A DNA stretch of 62,503 nt, filler included, from Hausera hauseri (GCA_046269625.1; 11 parts of 11 records of this genome joined end to end with filler, not necessarily neighbours in it); one strand, 5' to 3'; positions 38,277-51,137 are shown, counted from the first letter of the whole stretch. The notes: a model not told the origin generated them from the letters alone. Program-made: numbers and translations.

Positions 38277-38780
38277 GTCTGTTTGTCTGCCTGCCTGCTT
38301 GCCTGTCTGCCTGCCCGTCTGTCTGTCTCCCCGCCCGCCCGTCTGTCTGAGCCCGCTCGCTCCCGACCGCCTGCCCGAGCAACACCCGCCCGCACGTCCG
38401 TCCGTCCGTCTGTCTGTCTGTCTGACTTCTGGATGAGGTTTTTGGTTTAATTGCTTTACTTTTCTACGGATAAGGACTTTTGTAGTGTCGTTTTAAAGTG
38501 GTGTTGTCTGGTGTTGTCTGGTGCTGTTATCTAGTACTGTTATCTGGTGCTGTTGTCTATTGTTGTTGTCTGGTGATGTTGTCTAGTGTTTGTGTCTGGT
38601 GCTGTTGTCTGGTGTTGCTGTTTGATGCTGTTGTCTAGTGTTGCTGTCTGCTTTGTTGTCTGGTACTGTTTTTCAAGTGGTGTTTTCTGGTATTGTTACA
38701 TAGCGATGTTTCTTGGTGCTGTTGTCTTGTGTTGTATAGTGCTGTTATCTGATGTTTGTGTGTGGTGATGTTGTCTGAAG
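38277..38780. repeat. Microsatellite/low-complexity tract (GTCT, GCCT, GTCC tetramers, then degenerate GTGTTGTCTG-like units)
   Basis: Directly visible short-period repeats. Confidence 0.9.
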
Positions 38781-39464
38781 CTGGGAACTTTTTTGGATTG
38801 ATTGATTGATTGATACGGTCACGGCTTCATAGCAAACGGTCACCCCCTAATTGCGAAGCCGCCCCCGCCAGTAGCAGCCACATACAAAAAATCTTTCACT
38901 GTCCGACACGAAGTACAATGATGTTCCCATCGGAAATCTAGAAATCCACCACATCGGAAGGCTGCACACAGCCGCAGTTATAAGGCGCCAACGGACAGAC
39001 CCAAAACAACCAATTGTCGATAGCGGGGACATGCGAATCATCCATACGACTACTACTGCTCGCAGCGTCGCCAGTAGCACTATCTCAATAGCTCCGGCGC
39101 CAGACCGGGCCTCCAAACTGGAACACATATGCTACTCTTAGCATCGTCTTCGTCTTTGAATTAAATTTATTTCGCCTAATTCTTCTTGCTGCTGATCATG
39201 AAGGTGCTGGGGCTCTTCTATCTATACTTAGGTATTTTGATCATTCAGAAATTCCTTCCACAACCTCAACACTCAATTTCAACCCTATGCATTTGCTCAG
39301 ACACAGACTCTGGTCCAATTTCTTTGAAGAATATGGCTGACATATAATCTTGCCAGAGTTTCTTCCATTGTCATGAGAATGACTCTTAACTCCATGTTTC
39401 ATCAATGATCTTTACACAGTGAAAGATCTTGTAAATGATCCCTTCAAAAGTCTGTGCGTGTTAT

Positions 39465-40495
39465 TTAGGTTTCTTTGTTTCCATCAAATCGCTTTGACCT
39501 GTACAGAAGAAGCAGTTTCGGGAGATGTCCATCTAGACCTTCATAGAAAGAATTGAGGTCCACTGACATCAAACGGATGAATTCCTTGAAAATCTTTAGG
39601 GAGACAATGACAAAGAGAGATTGTAGACATGAAGTACAAGCCTTTGAAAGACTTAAGACATTCAGATGACAAAACCCTAATACGCACCTGTCTCTCAGTA
39701 TTTTGTAATCAGAGCCAAAAGGACCATTCGCTGACAAGCAGCTTAAAGGGTTAGCTGTTTTTACAATTTCTGTTATAGCTGTAGTGACTGAACTATTGAC
39801 TTCACAGTTATGTTTGATCAATACATTTTCAATAAGTTTAGGTGTGAACTCCTCTAAAACTAAATTTATATTACATAGCTCATTTATTATTTCCCGAGTA
39901 GTTGCCTTGGAAACATGTAAAACTGTTTGCATGCGCAGTAACAGGGAGGCAAATTGGTGTTGAAGCAAATCGCCAAAATCCTGATAATCTAGATCTTCAG
40001 TTGTCAATGCAGAATCATCTGTCTCTGTCTCAACTCAATATTTTCAGAGCTAACATTTTCTGCAGTGCAACTATCATGCAAGTTAGAACGAAAATTGTCT
40101 GAAGAAGACAGTTGATGCTTCCTACATTTATGTGCACGAAAAGTACTGTACACACTGGATTGGAAATTGCACCCTTCATAAGGGCATTTTACAGTTTCTT
40201 TGTTGTTTATGTGTCGTTTAAGATGTGCAAAATATTCTGCATCTGTGCATGTCTCTGAAAAACTGCACAGTTCACAATTCAACTTTGAAGTTGCCTGCTT
40301 TGAGTAAGAATGGTTGTGATCTCTAGCTAAATGTTTTCTAAGGGAATATTCAGTCCTGAAGGAACACACACAGTCTCCATAGACACAGGGAAGAGGAACG
40401 TTTCTTGCCTGATTACAATGCTTCAGTTTGTAATGGGTGATTAGTGTGCGCTGGTTTGGTGAGGAGTAACTGCAGCACTTGCAGTACCATCTCAT
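39465..40495 (-). mobile_element. Deleted EnSpm/CACTA-like transposon: C2H2 zinc-finger transposase N-terminus joined to a SAMD3-like fragment
   Basis: MRWYCKCC..HYKLKH..PCVYGDC..HL.RDH..CELC..HLKRH..CPYEGC..HKCRKH, then LLLRMQTVLHVSK; ends FKEFIRLMSVDLNSFYEGLD.HLPKLL.LYRSK. Family recalled, not searched. Confidence 0.55.
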
Positions 40496-40645
40496 TGAAG
40501 TGTAACACCCCAGACACAGCAAGGCAGCGTTAAGCAACCTAGAAGAGACAAAAAAATAAAAAAATTATTTAAATTACAAAAATAGACGACGTGTTTTCAA
40601 AAGACATATTTCAAGTATGGGTAAAAAACAATTATTTGAACGTAC

Positions 40646-41994
40646 CTTGGATGTAAAGAATCGATAAGCATCTCATCGACAATTGAATTTTGAGACAGAT
40701 TAAATAACTTTATGTCCATTTTTTGTGATTAAAAGAATCAATTCAATTGAAGATGAAACCCAATCAAACGGATATATCGTATATTGGAATGATAGATTAT
40801 GAATTGACTTAGTACATTTATCGGAATTGCACCAAATTTTAAACGTCCCGCCTGCATCTAAGATAGCCCAGTACGGATTAGGCAACCTTGAAGATTTTGC
40901 ATGTGTTATCATAGAGAAGTGTTCGTGATATATAAATGGCTTTGCAGATTCAAAACTTGTTTTGGGCTTAAATATTTTCTGAGATATTGGATAATTGCTT
41001 AATCCCAAGTGTCAGATGAACCGAAAGGTGGCGAAGTCTTTGTAGACGTTCCAGGAGTTGAATTCGAACTTAAAGCTGATGCTGAAATTCAATGTCTACA
41101 TTTTCTTTTTGACTGTGTACTGGTATCTGGAACTTTTTCAGGACTACTCTTGAGTTTAGGGTTTTCGGTCATTTGCAAATTAGCACTCATTCTTTTTTGA
41201 ACAACAGTGTTTGAAAGAGACGGCTTAGATATGAAGGCTATTGTGACACTTCATCCTTTCGGCTTAGTGGTTCTAAACAAATTTCTCACTTCAATTTGAT
41301 TATTTTCACTGACCAGACGAAAATCACACATAAGTTCAGACACATAATGAGGAGTACATGTAGGTAATGTCCAATTATCGAATAATCTATCTGAATCTAA
41401 TATTTTCAGGCTGACCATTATCGATGTTTTTCAAATACTGCTCATCTGCGGACTTAACGCAAAAAATTTCTCCAGATGATTTTCATTATTCAACGCAACT
41501 CGAAAAACTTGTGCATAGAAATTGGATAGAGACAAGAAAAAATTATCTATCCAAATTCGTGTAAAATATTTCCCAAATACTTTATGTTCTGTAGGTGACT
41601 TTGTCATTGGAAATTCTGAAGTATTCTAATGAATCGGGTTTACCGAATAATTTAATATATTACCAAACCAATCAGACCATTCGTACATGTTTGATGACAT
41701 GTATTGGCCCATTGATTGAAAGAACCGAGTAATTTTATCATGCCGCTTGTTGCGGTAACATTCAACTAGGAAAGCTTTGAACAATTCTGATTTTAGAAAA
41801 TCAGCTTGTCTTTGCTTATTCCAAATTTTATTCAAATTATCAAAATCATTCGACTGTAAAGCAGCTTGTATAACGTCTCCGAAGTATCGCAACTTCTTTG
41901 GTCTATTCAATTTTTCTTCCTCTATTAAGGCTGTCTGTGCATTCTTACAGTTCTTACAACTGAGAATGTATTTGACGTATTGTTTATCAGTCAT
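40646..41994 (-). pseudogene. WDR91: WD repeat-containing protein 91 homologue, disrupted (48-nt intron 41616-41663; in-frame TGA stops and frameshifts)
   Basis: Spliced LKSELFKAFLV..RHDKITRFF..EWSDWF|EFP..PTEHKVFGKYFTRIWIDNFFLSLSNF matches the WDR91 N-terminus; first WD repeat YHEHFSMITHAK..AILDAGGTFKIW; HPR followed by an intron donor at 40645. Confidence 0.75.
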
Positions 41995-42012
41995 GGTGCA
42001 TGTATGAAATAA

Positions 42013-42282
42013 TCATATGATAACAGATAAATACTTCACAAATTTAACTTTCCATATTTGCGTTAACTGCACCCGTGATTTCTTTTTCCGATGGTCCTCC
42101 ATGGACTGTTTGAATCCCAACAAATGTTGTAAACTGTTCTTTTCTTCTGCACTTTTCTCCAATGTATGACGCATCAAGTTACGGAATTCATCAGACCGCA
42201 CATATTCCTTCTGTAACAATTGGAAACTCGTCCGCAACTTTTTGAAAACTGCAATCTCGATATTTGGTACAATCAATTTCAA
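42013..42282 (-). CDS. Hypothetical coding exon (coiled-coil-like) just upstream of WDR91
   Basis: Protein-like composition; no family recognised. Confidence 0.3.
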   Translation of the reverse strand: MKLIVPNIEIAVFKKLRTSFQLLQKEYVRSDEFRNLMRHTLEKSAEEKNSLQHLLGFKQSMEDHRKKKSRVQLTQIWKVKFVKYLSVII

Positions 42283-42760
42283 ATTGGACTCAAACTAATT
42301 TTCCATTCAATCAAAATAAGAATTATTTACTTATTTACCTTTATCTACTGTCGTTCAGATATTAGTTCAATAAAATAAATATCGATAAGATGTTAGTTTT
42401 GTTTAAAATTTGCGAATTTTTCTTTTGATAATAAAATAAATGTCCACAGAAATGTTGCCAAAAACCTCCTTCAAAATCCGGTCAATTTCGACAATTTCGA
42501 TTTAAAAACATGTTGAAATATATCTTCTGTAATTGAATTTTTCACAATACAGTCTTTATATAAACAATGAAAATTTATTTACAATTGTCCGTAATAAATT
42601 CAATTATATATAGATCTTTTTATTTTTCTTTTTGGATGATAAGTCCGTGATAACATGCACNNNNNNNNNNNNNNNNNNNNNNNNNNNNNNNNNNNNNNNN
42701 NNNNTTAATTAATTAANNNNNNNNNNNNNNNNNNNNNNNNNNNNNNNNNNNNNNNNNNNN

Positions 42761-43532
42761 ACATTCAGAAAGCGAAATGCTGATCTTGTCCATTTCTTTA
42801 AGGATGAAGGTCAGCTATGTTCATGCACTGATATAGATGGCTTATTTTCTGCCTTACATAAAATTTATGATGCATCCAATTGGCGTCTTTTTATAGATTC
42901 ATCCAAGCGCAGTTTGAAAGCTGTGTTATTACATAATGGCAATCAACACCAAAGCATTCCACTAGCACACTCTGTGCATTTGAAAGAATCTTACGACAAC
43001 ATGATACTTCTTCTACGAGCAATCAACTATAACATGTATCAATGGCATATTTGTGGTGATCTCAAAGTCATTGAATTGTTACTTCGAATGCAAGAAGGTT
43101 TTACCAAATATTGTTGTTTTTTATGCTTCTGGGACAGTCGAGCTAAAAACGCACTGCGCAAGGAAAGAATGGTCATCTCGGGAGTCATTTCATCCAGGTT
43201 GATGCAGTGTTTAACACAATCCATTAATCGACCCCAAAAGTTGTATGTCTCCACTTCACATCAAGTTGGGATTGATGAAAAACTTTGTCAAAGCTCTTGA
43301 CAAAAGTAGTGTGGCATTAAAATACCTGTGTAATAAGTTTCCACAAATCAGTGATGCAAAACTTCGTGGAGGTATATTTGTGGGACCACAAATTAGGCAA
43401 GTCATGTCTGATTCTAATTTTGATACGAGCATGAGTGAAAGTGAGTTAAATGCATGGAAAGGTTTAAAAAACACAGCAGACTACTGCTGGACACTTCTGC
43501 GCGATGCACCTAATGTTCAATACAAAAGGTAA
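42761..43532 (+). mobile_element. CMC/Chapaev3-like transposase fragment, internally deleted
   Basis: WRLFIDSSKRSLKAVLLHNGN, CGDLKV, FTKYCCFLCFWDSRA, PLHIKLGLMKNFVKAL, GIFVGPQIR, then a jump straight to ADYCWTL (the last catalytic segment appears missing). Confidence 0.75.
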
Positions 43533-44156
43533 TGCAAAAAACTCATTATATAATTGAATATATTAAATATATTGGATATATTAAAAATTGTGATATATTA
43601 AAAACGTGATGTGTGTTACGACTCCTTAAGCAACATTTTGGACAAACCCCTCCGTGATGAATTCATTGATAAAAACGTACATTTACACTTCACATTAGTA
43701 ATTTTGATGACTATTAAATGAAACATTTTGGACAAACCCCTCCGTGATGAATCTTTAGTACATTTGAAACGAAATAAACCATTATCTTTTACCCATTATC
43801 TTTTGTTGTAACATGTCAAGTCCCTCATGATGGACATTTTTATTTTCCCTGTATTTTGTACGATTAATGTACCCCTAACCCTGTTGGTAAGCCGAGAGGA
43901 TACGTTGTTCAGTAAAATGAAAAGAGACTTCAAAATACACAGAATATAGTAAAGAGAAATGAATTATTATATTAAATTTTAAAATGAAGGATAAAAGTTA
44001 GTTGAAAACGAATAATCATACTAAATTTCAGTAGAGTCGTTATATTAAATATTAAGAATAAAAAACAAATTCGTTTCAATAGAATTAAATAGAATTATTA
44101 TATTATATTATTAAATTGTGCTAGAAATTTTGATATAACGAATTTTGTTATTCATT

Positions 44157-44458
44157 TGGAATTTCCATATTAAAAATGGAAAATAGCGACATGATATCGC
44201 AATATCCAAAAATAAATTGACGTCATTATATTTTTAACATGACGTCACTCCCAAAATAGAAGCCACCAAGTATAAATACTTCCACAAAATTCACTTAGAC
44301 ACACGCAAAAAACTCTCTAGAAACTAACTTCGAATTTCGAAAGTATTCAATTCCCACAGGTTAGGCCCTGAGATGAATTTTAAATGATTATTATATTCAC
44401 AGAAACATGGCCGAAAATAACAATAGCGATCACAACAATTCATTTGAAGGAGAATCAG
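44157..44458 (+). promoter_or_regulatory. Second copy of the CRE/TATA promoter plus leader: TGACGTCA 44218 and 44240, TATAAATA 44271, 43-nt intron 44360-44402, leader exon 44407-44458 MAENNNSDHNNSFEGES with phase-1 donor at 44459
   Basis: Homologous to 28555-28911 with every functional-looking site conserved. Confidence 0.72.
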
Positions 44459-46274
44459 GTACGCATACTCTTGGTTTATTTATGTTTTGTTTTTATTTTT
44501 CTTATATGAATTTGTAATATTAATAAAAATTTATAAAATTAAATCTGATCTCAAAAGGGGATGTGTTGGTAATATGTGTAAAGGAGATCTACAAATGAAG
44601 ATAATGGCTACTGAAACTTCAGAAAATCATCAGGTACAGATATATGACAAGGAACACGACAGACACGACAGACAGGAAGGGTTGACGGGACTCGAAACCT
44701 GCGACGTAACAATGTATCTAACGATCCACCAGCATGATAAATGGTAAATGACTCTATCCAATAAGTGTCAGAGATGCATGATTAGTGGTTATGAATATAT
44801 TAATAGTTGTGGTTTATCGTTATTGATAGTAGTATCGCATCGGATCCGTTCATGAATGCAAATCGTATGTTCAGATTATTTTATGATTTAGCAAAATACT
44901 TGCATTACAGAAATCAGACAAAAGACAAATTGACGGATGATTACAGAAATCAGACAAAAGATAAATTGACGGATGTACTGTCGGCATGTACCTTTGTGGT
45001 ATCGATTTAATGTGCGATTTGTTGTGGAACGAAGATGGTAGTGTCATTGAAAGTTAAATAGACTTATATTCGGTCAAACTACATTATGATAGTAATTATA
45101 AATAAAACATGTTTACATTTGTGTATTTGGTTTAAATTAAGCTACAGTATAACAACAGCTATAAATAAATTCAAGCTGTATGGAACAGATACTTTGTACT
45201 ATAATTGGAGTAGTGTTCGGTTTGCAATATTCGATTTTGATCGTATTATTTTGGTATATTATGTTTAAAAGGTAATATTTTAGAATAGTATAGGTTTTAG
45301 CATTAGATCTGCAATATTTGGTTATAGTAGTGCTTTTAAATTAACTTAGCGTATTATGTAATCCATTTCTAAAATGCTATGCATCAGAGGTGTTTAATTA
45401 TTTTAATCCATTTCTAAAATGCTGTGCATCAGAGGTGTTTAATTATTTTAGTGTATCATGTAATCCATTTCAAAGTGCTGTACGGTATATATTGATACTA
45501 TGTCAAGGGTTGTGTGAATAGCATTTTGACTCTGATTTTCGATTTAATCACATTGTCGTAATTTTTACAATATTTCTTGACTCTACTCTGGGAGTGTATT
45601 GATTGTATTCAGGACAATATTGAGATCATAAGATATGATGATAATTTCCTGTTCCATTTTATTATTATACCCAACTGCCACCTTCAATTACTGTGCTTAA
45701 TGATAATTCTCCTCACTACGTTGGCTTATAATCAGGGCAAGAATTATTAAATTTTGATTGAATTGAAGATCAAAGAAGACAGAAAACCCGAGCTTATTAC
45801 CTCAGAGGATAAGAAGATCTCATGATGATAAATGTAAGAGAAAAATTCGAACGGAGACACGAAGACAGTGGAACTCACAAACCTTCAGATCATGAGACAA
45901 ATAGAGATACCCCGATCAATCAGTAAAGAGCAAATGCATTTTGGAAGATGTGAATACTTTAAAACTTTATGTCTCATGTTTGGAAAAACTCAAAGTTGGA
46001 TCAATAACAATAAGGTGAGATCGTTTTGGGGAAGAAATGTATATCTATTCCGGACTAGTAAAAATGATACTTTTAATAGAGGAGTTTGGATGAAAGTGGG
46101 TAATAGAATCGCAAACAGATGTGAATTATTTATATGTTAGGTACTATTTAAGGTTATCAAATATACTAACCCCTGTACCACCAACATATAAACTGGTGCC
46201 CCGAGTGAGGACACTATATTGATAAAATGATCAATAATTTTAAGGTGAAGTTATTATCTAAATTTGAAATTCAG

Positions 46275-46588
46275 ACGACGATCCGTATGCACCATTGAGA
46301 TGCGAAATATGTTGCGGATTACTTGGGAGGAACTATGCGTTACTACGATGTACGCATATTATGTGTGTGAAATGTGCGGATAGATGGCTATCCAAGAGCC
46401 AAACATGCCCTTTCTGCAGAAGAAAGACGAGCTCGTACCAATGCAGAGGAGCCACAGTGGTGGTGATATTGGATGACGAAGAAGATGAAGAAGGAAGCGA
46501 GACAGAGGGGAATGGAAACCTGTTACCAGAAAACCAGCACGACTTATATGTGTTCGGGCCCAACGGGCTTGTATATATGCCAATTTAA
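46275..46588 (+). CDS. C3HC4 RING-finger cassette 1 (probable terminal exon; acceptor TTCAG ending 46274)
   Basis: CEIC-x-CTH-x-CVKC-x-W-x-CPFC plus acidic tail; no in-frame ATG ahead of the RING; AATAAA at 46587. Confidence 0.85.
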
Positions 46589-46751
46589 TAAAATAGAATA
46601 TTTATTTCGATTCTGATGAAGAATAATGGGACCCAATGGGATTAGTGATAGTGCATAGGGTGACAATAAATCGATTATAGTAGTAATAGAGTATGAAGTT
46701 TATCTTAGAAAGGAATAAATTAAGGAATTAACTGAATTACATTGCTTTTAG

Positions 46752-46987
46752 GTTGTGTTATTTGCAAAAGATTTCCAGAAACTTGGAACTAAGAGGACAA
46801 TCCATGCCCCCTATGTCAATTGGTGGAACAGTTAAACCAACCAGATGATCTATTTGAATGCAGTTATTGCGGAGAAGAAATTAACATAGGTTTAATGGCG
46901 CTGGACGAAGACTGTCGTTTATTGTGTCCTGTGTGTGATATGACCTGGAACGATCTGGAAGAAATTGATAAACTAATTAACCTATGA
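46752..46987 (+). pseudogene. Zinc-binding cassette 2 (four CxxC pairs; one internal stop)
   Basis: CVIC..*..CPLC...CSYC...CPVC after acceptor TTTTAG ending 46751; AATAAA at 47001. Confidence 0.6.
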
Positions 46988-47052
46988 AATTTGTAATAAG
47001 AATAAATAAATTGATTATTATACTTAGTAAAATTAGATTTCATTGATTATAG

Positions 47053-47465
47053 AAAGATGCCCCATCTGTCTGGACAACATAACGGGCGAAAGGACAGTGT
47101 TACCATGCGGACATATATATTGCCAACCTTGTATCAACACTTGGCTAGAAGAACAAAGCAATTGTCCCTGTTGTCGACGAACCTGCACCTTTTGCTGGAT
47201 GTGCCTCAAATTGGTGGCAGATAATCTAGTGGTCTTGTCATGTCGTCACGTATTTTGCCGACCGTGTATTTTGGAATACCTGAGTTGCAATCAGTATTGC
47301 CCTTATTGTCTAGAAACAGTGGATTTCTATGTTGCAGAGGAAGTTATTACCTATCTGAACATTGACAATCGTCCATCCATAGTATTAGTGATTGATGAAG
47401 ATGATGGCAGTTGGCCAGAAGCGTGGAGAAATCCACAACCTTATACTATGTTGGACATAGATTAA
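47053..47465 (+). CDS. Double C3HC4 RING-finger cassette 3
   Basis: CPIC..LPCGHIYCQPC..W..CPCC and CWMC..SCRHVFCRPC..CPYC; acceptor TAG ending 47052; AATAAA at 47470. Confidence 0.88.
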
Positions 47466-47589
47466 ATTAAATAAAATTAATAGTAGCAAATCGTTTATTT
47501 CATTTTCTTAAGGCTTACCTTGTATTGCGAATTCGTCAACCATACTGAGTCACGGGTTTCCAGTATTCCGCCAAATCAATGATATAAGC

Positions 47590-47820
47590 ATGTACACAAT
47601 ATATAACCCAAATGGAAACTTCACTCCTGTAGGAAATCAATGCCCAATTTGTTTGAATGGGTATTCAGTGGACCCAGTGGAGTTGGTCCCTTGTAAGCAC
47701 CAATTTTGCAGACAGTGCTTAAAGGAATGGTTTACTGTCGCAATTTCATGCCCAGTGTGTCGCGCTGATAATAAATTATTCCGATATGGACACAGTTATT
47801 ACACAATAAAAAATTTATGA
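47590..47820 (+). CDS. C3HC4 RING-finger cassette 4
   Basis: CPIC..PCKHQFCRQC..W..CPVC; in-frame phase-1 acceptors ending 47512 and 47632; AATAAA at 47805. Confidence 0.85.
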   Translation: MYTIYNPNGNFTPVGNQCPICLNGYSVDPVELVPCKHQFCRQCLKEWFTVAISCPVCRADNKLFRYGHSYYTIKNL

Positions 47821-47859
47821 ATGGAATTAGTGTTTTTATTTGATTGGGTTATATTTTAG

Positions 47860-48054
47860 CTGAAATGCAAAGGACAAAAGAATTCAAACTTCGAACACCT
47901 GGACGGTACGAACATGTCAAGTCAATACAACCTAATATCGCGCAGTATATTTTACATTATCAGAATAGACAATTCGGACCAACATCATTTGTTAAAAGAC
48001 TGATAAGCTACTCTAGAGCCATAGTGATGGACAACTCCATGAGAGATGCACAAA
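47860..48054 (+). CDS. Cassette 5, unknown product (3' partial)
   Basis: Open frame AEMQRTKEFKLRTPG... after acceptor TTTTAG ending 47859. Confidence 0.4.
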
Positions 48055-48154
48055 NNNNNNNNNNNNNNNNNNNNNNNNNNNNNNNNNNNNNNNNNNNNTT
48101 AATTAATTAANNNNNNNNNNNNNNNNNNNNNNNNNNNNNNNNNNNNNNNNNNNN

Positions 48155-50860
48155 AGGTACTCAACTGAGCCTGCCATGTTTGCTTGTGGTAGGTTGACCA
48201 TTATGTCGTCCAGTTCTTGTCTGTCGACTACCCATTGAAATGAACCGTACGGCAAGCGTTGACAAAGCGCCCAGCCGTACAGGTTATTAATATAAATATA
48301 CAGATGTGATGTGATATCGGTAGCACTGACCTGATGCTTGTTGATAAATGTCATGGCGCCGCGAATACCAACATCAAATATTCGGTATATTTCCAGGTTT
48401 TGCAGTATTTCAATATCTCGATCCAGTGACATTAGAGCTGACGCCCAACTAATTCCTGTTATGGAATAAAAGTTGAGTTACTCCAACCTATCTTCTGCCA
48501 GCGCTTTGGTTTAAAATGCTTCAGACACGTCGGTTAATAAGTACACGTCCAGTTTAAGATACTGAAGGATGTAATCCAACATGTTTCTACAGCCGAGTTC
48601 TGTCCAACACCTGTGCTTTGCAGTATTTATCCTCTGCGGTACCTGTCCATCGCGGCGGTAATTCCTGTGCTGTCCGGAGTTGTTCATATGATGTTGCAAA
48701 TTTATATGGAAATATGACTTTACTGCGTGATATATGTGAAAGGAACTGCGTCAGTGCTATCGGCACATCTGGCAAGGCATTTACCACCTTTGCCAATGAT
48801 TTATTGAGAAATTGCAATGCACAAGGGAAGCGTCCCTGGAACCGGTTAATACCAGCATACAGTGAGAAGTATTTCTCCCTCGTAGTCGGAATTATTGAGA
48901 GTTCCCAGTGCGGGAAGCCGTCAATGCCCCTATTGAGAATATGGTGACAGTCATAACCTCGGAAATTATGAAAGATCACTGGCAGGAATGGTCGCACTCG
49001 CCTTACTAAATTGCATGAATTGCATGTTGCTCCCAAGTATCGACCGGTGAAATGTTCGTGATCCGGTACGAGCCGTTCCTATGCATCAAACGGTATTCTT
49101 TTGTGGCACATATAGCATTCATCGATGAACGCGAAAAGCAACGGTTGATATTCGTCTGCCCAAATCAGAGGCTTATTGCAATTGTTACGATACCACGGCG
49201 CGATTTCCGTTTCCACTATGGTTTCCAGCTGCTGCAGGAAATCACGTACACTATTCCGACCATGGAAAACGTAATACTGCGGTTGTCCGGCGGCTTTTAT
49301 TGGTACCAGCAACGGCAATTGGAACGTGCTTTTGATCGTATACATTGTGCCGTGGTAGAATTCCTTCGATATCGGCATACATCAGACATGCAGGACTGTT
49401 CGTTTTTGACCAGTCAGTGAATCTCAACTCCTTTTTGACTGGCATAACATACATTGTGGTTCCTGACGAATTTTTGCTGAACAGCGTTACATGCTTTTCT
49501 CATGTCTCATTTGACCGGAATCTATGCAGACACACTGGACACCATTTGCATTGTATTCGCCATTTGGTGAACTGGTCATGCTCTATGTTTAACAATCTGT
49601 CCAAATTGGTCACGGCCTTGTAATGAAGCTTTTCTTCATTTTCCAACAGCAACAAATTTACTGGGCGTTTAATTGGATTTCGACTGCGGTAAATTATGTC
49701 CACGTGACGATTCTTGTAAATTTCCTCATCCACCGGTATCTCCACGATTGTGTTGAACCGGAACACGTTGATTCCTAGTGTCGGATTACGCCGTTCAAAA
49801 TCCGGAATGGATTTCAGTTTCATCTGCATCCAACACTTGTCGTAGTTTAATTCTCAGAAATACTGTACTGCTTTGGACAATTTGCATGATGTCTGAATAC
49901 TTGATCATATTTCATTATGTCCAGAATGCGGTAAATAAAACAGTATTCGTCGTTAATATTTTGCACATTCACTACCGTCAGAGACTGCTTCAAGGATGCA
50001 GGTCTCGGCATGAATGAACTTCAGGACAGGTAAATAATGTCACTCGTCTTGGTCAGAATAAAGCCTAGAGTGACAATCTTTACCATTTGCCAACCAGTGC
50101 CCTTTTTTGTAGTTGGCGATATTTTCGTCAAGCTTTTCGCCTACATTGGCAATAAAATTCTCAGAGTATGGTATGGCTCGATGTGACAGATACTATTGTT
50201 TCCTGTCACCCTGCAGATTTTCAAATTTTCCAAGTGCATAATATTGCACTTTGCAGTGGTCTTGTTGGAATTTGGCCACCTCTGATTTCAACTTGTTACG
50301 TACATTAGCGGGTACATCTTTCAACTGCGTTGCTGTTTTCGCCGGCATGTCCACCTTTATGTCCACGTACGATCTGTTTAGGTCGTACTTGACAGTAATG
50401 GGCGGTTCACGTTCTTGCTGCAGCTTTTGCTGTTTCTGACTTCTGTAGTTTTGAAAGTATTCGTCAAGGCTTGCTGATGCTTGACGTTTCCTGATGCTGC
50501 TTCTTGCTGCGTCCATTAATATTTCCTTTTTGGACCTCTGAAACTGGTTCAAGTGGTATATGTGGTTATTGTAGAATTTTTCATAGTTGACTTGCGCCTC
50601 AACTATAGAACAACCGGGACAAACATAGACCCGTTTACCGTGCACCGATGTGGTTGTTGTTGTTGTTGTACCATAGTACTGTTCCATTGCACTATTGTAA
50701 CCATCAACGTCATGCACCTTACAAGTACAGTAACGTGGGTATGTGGGGCAATGCACATGCATCATCTTAGACCGCGTGAATGGACCGAGATGATGCTTGT
50801 GCATCTCATAAAAGTCGGCGTACGGGCATGTGTTTTGAATAAAACACACGGGACACAGTT
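48155..50860 (-). pseudogene. Protein-primed PolB of a second Polinton-like family, N-terminal two-thirds, degenerate
   Basis: PDFERRNPTLGINVF, LHYKAVTNLDRLL, CPVC, YADIEG, CYMC..HFTGRYLGATCNSCNL (endonuclease VII-like insert), PVIFHNFRGYDCH, YLKLDVYLL, GIRG, INNLYGWAL. Confidence 0.9.
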
Positions 50861-51137
50861 ACGTGTCCTTGGCCACTGAATAATATTTTGCCATTTCCTT
50901 GTGGCATTATCCACCCTCGTGTATGCGGGAGACGCAGTACATGGAATATTGCAAACATTTCTGAATGATAAAAATTAAAGTAAATGTTAGACGAAAAACA
51001 AATAAAATGTATTAATTATAAATAAATAAATGTAATTACAGTACATCATAACTTATTCCCCTTACTGCAGTCTCAGACGTCGCCTAAATCGGCTATAAAC
51101 GTTTATCAACATTACTACTACTACTACTATAAATCAA

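Noticed and set aside
38586-38768. Hydrophobic Cys/Val-rich ORF
   Set aside because: Translation of a GT-rich low-complexity repeat.
43631-43752. 31-bp direct repeat AACATTTTGGACAAACCCCTCCGTGATGAAT (two copies)
   Set aside because: Real, but only a local duplication near a transposon end; no further structure supports a function.
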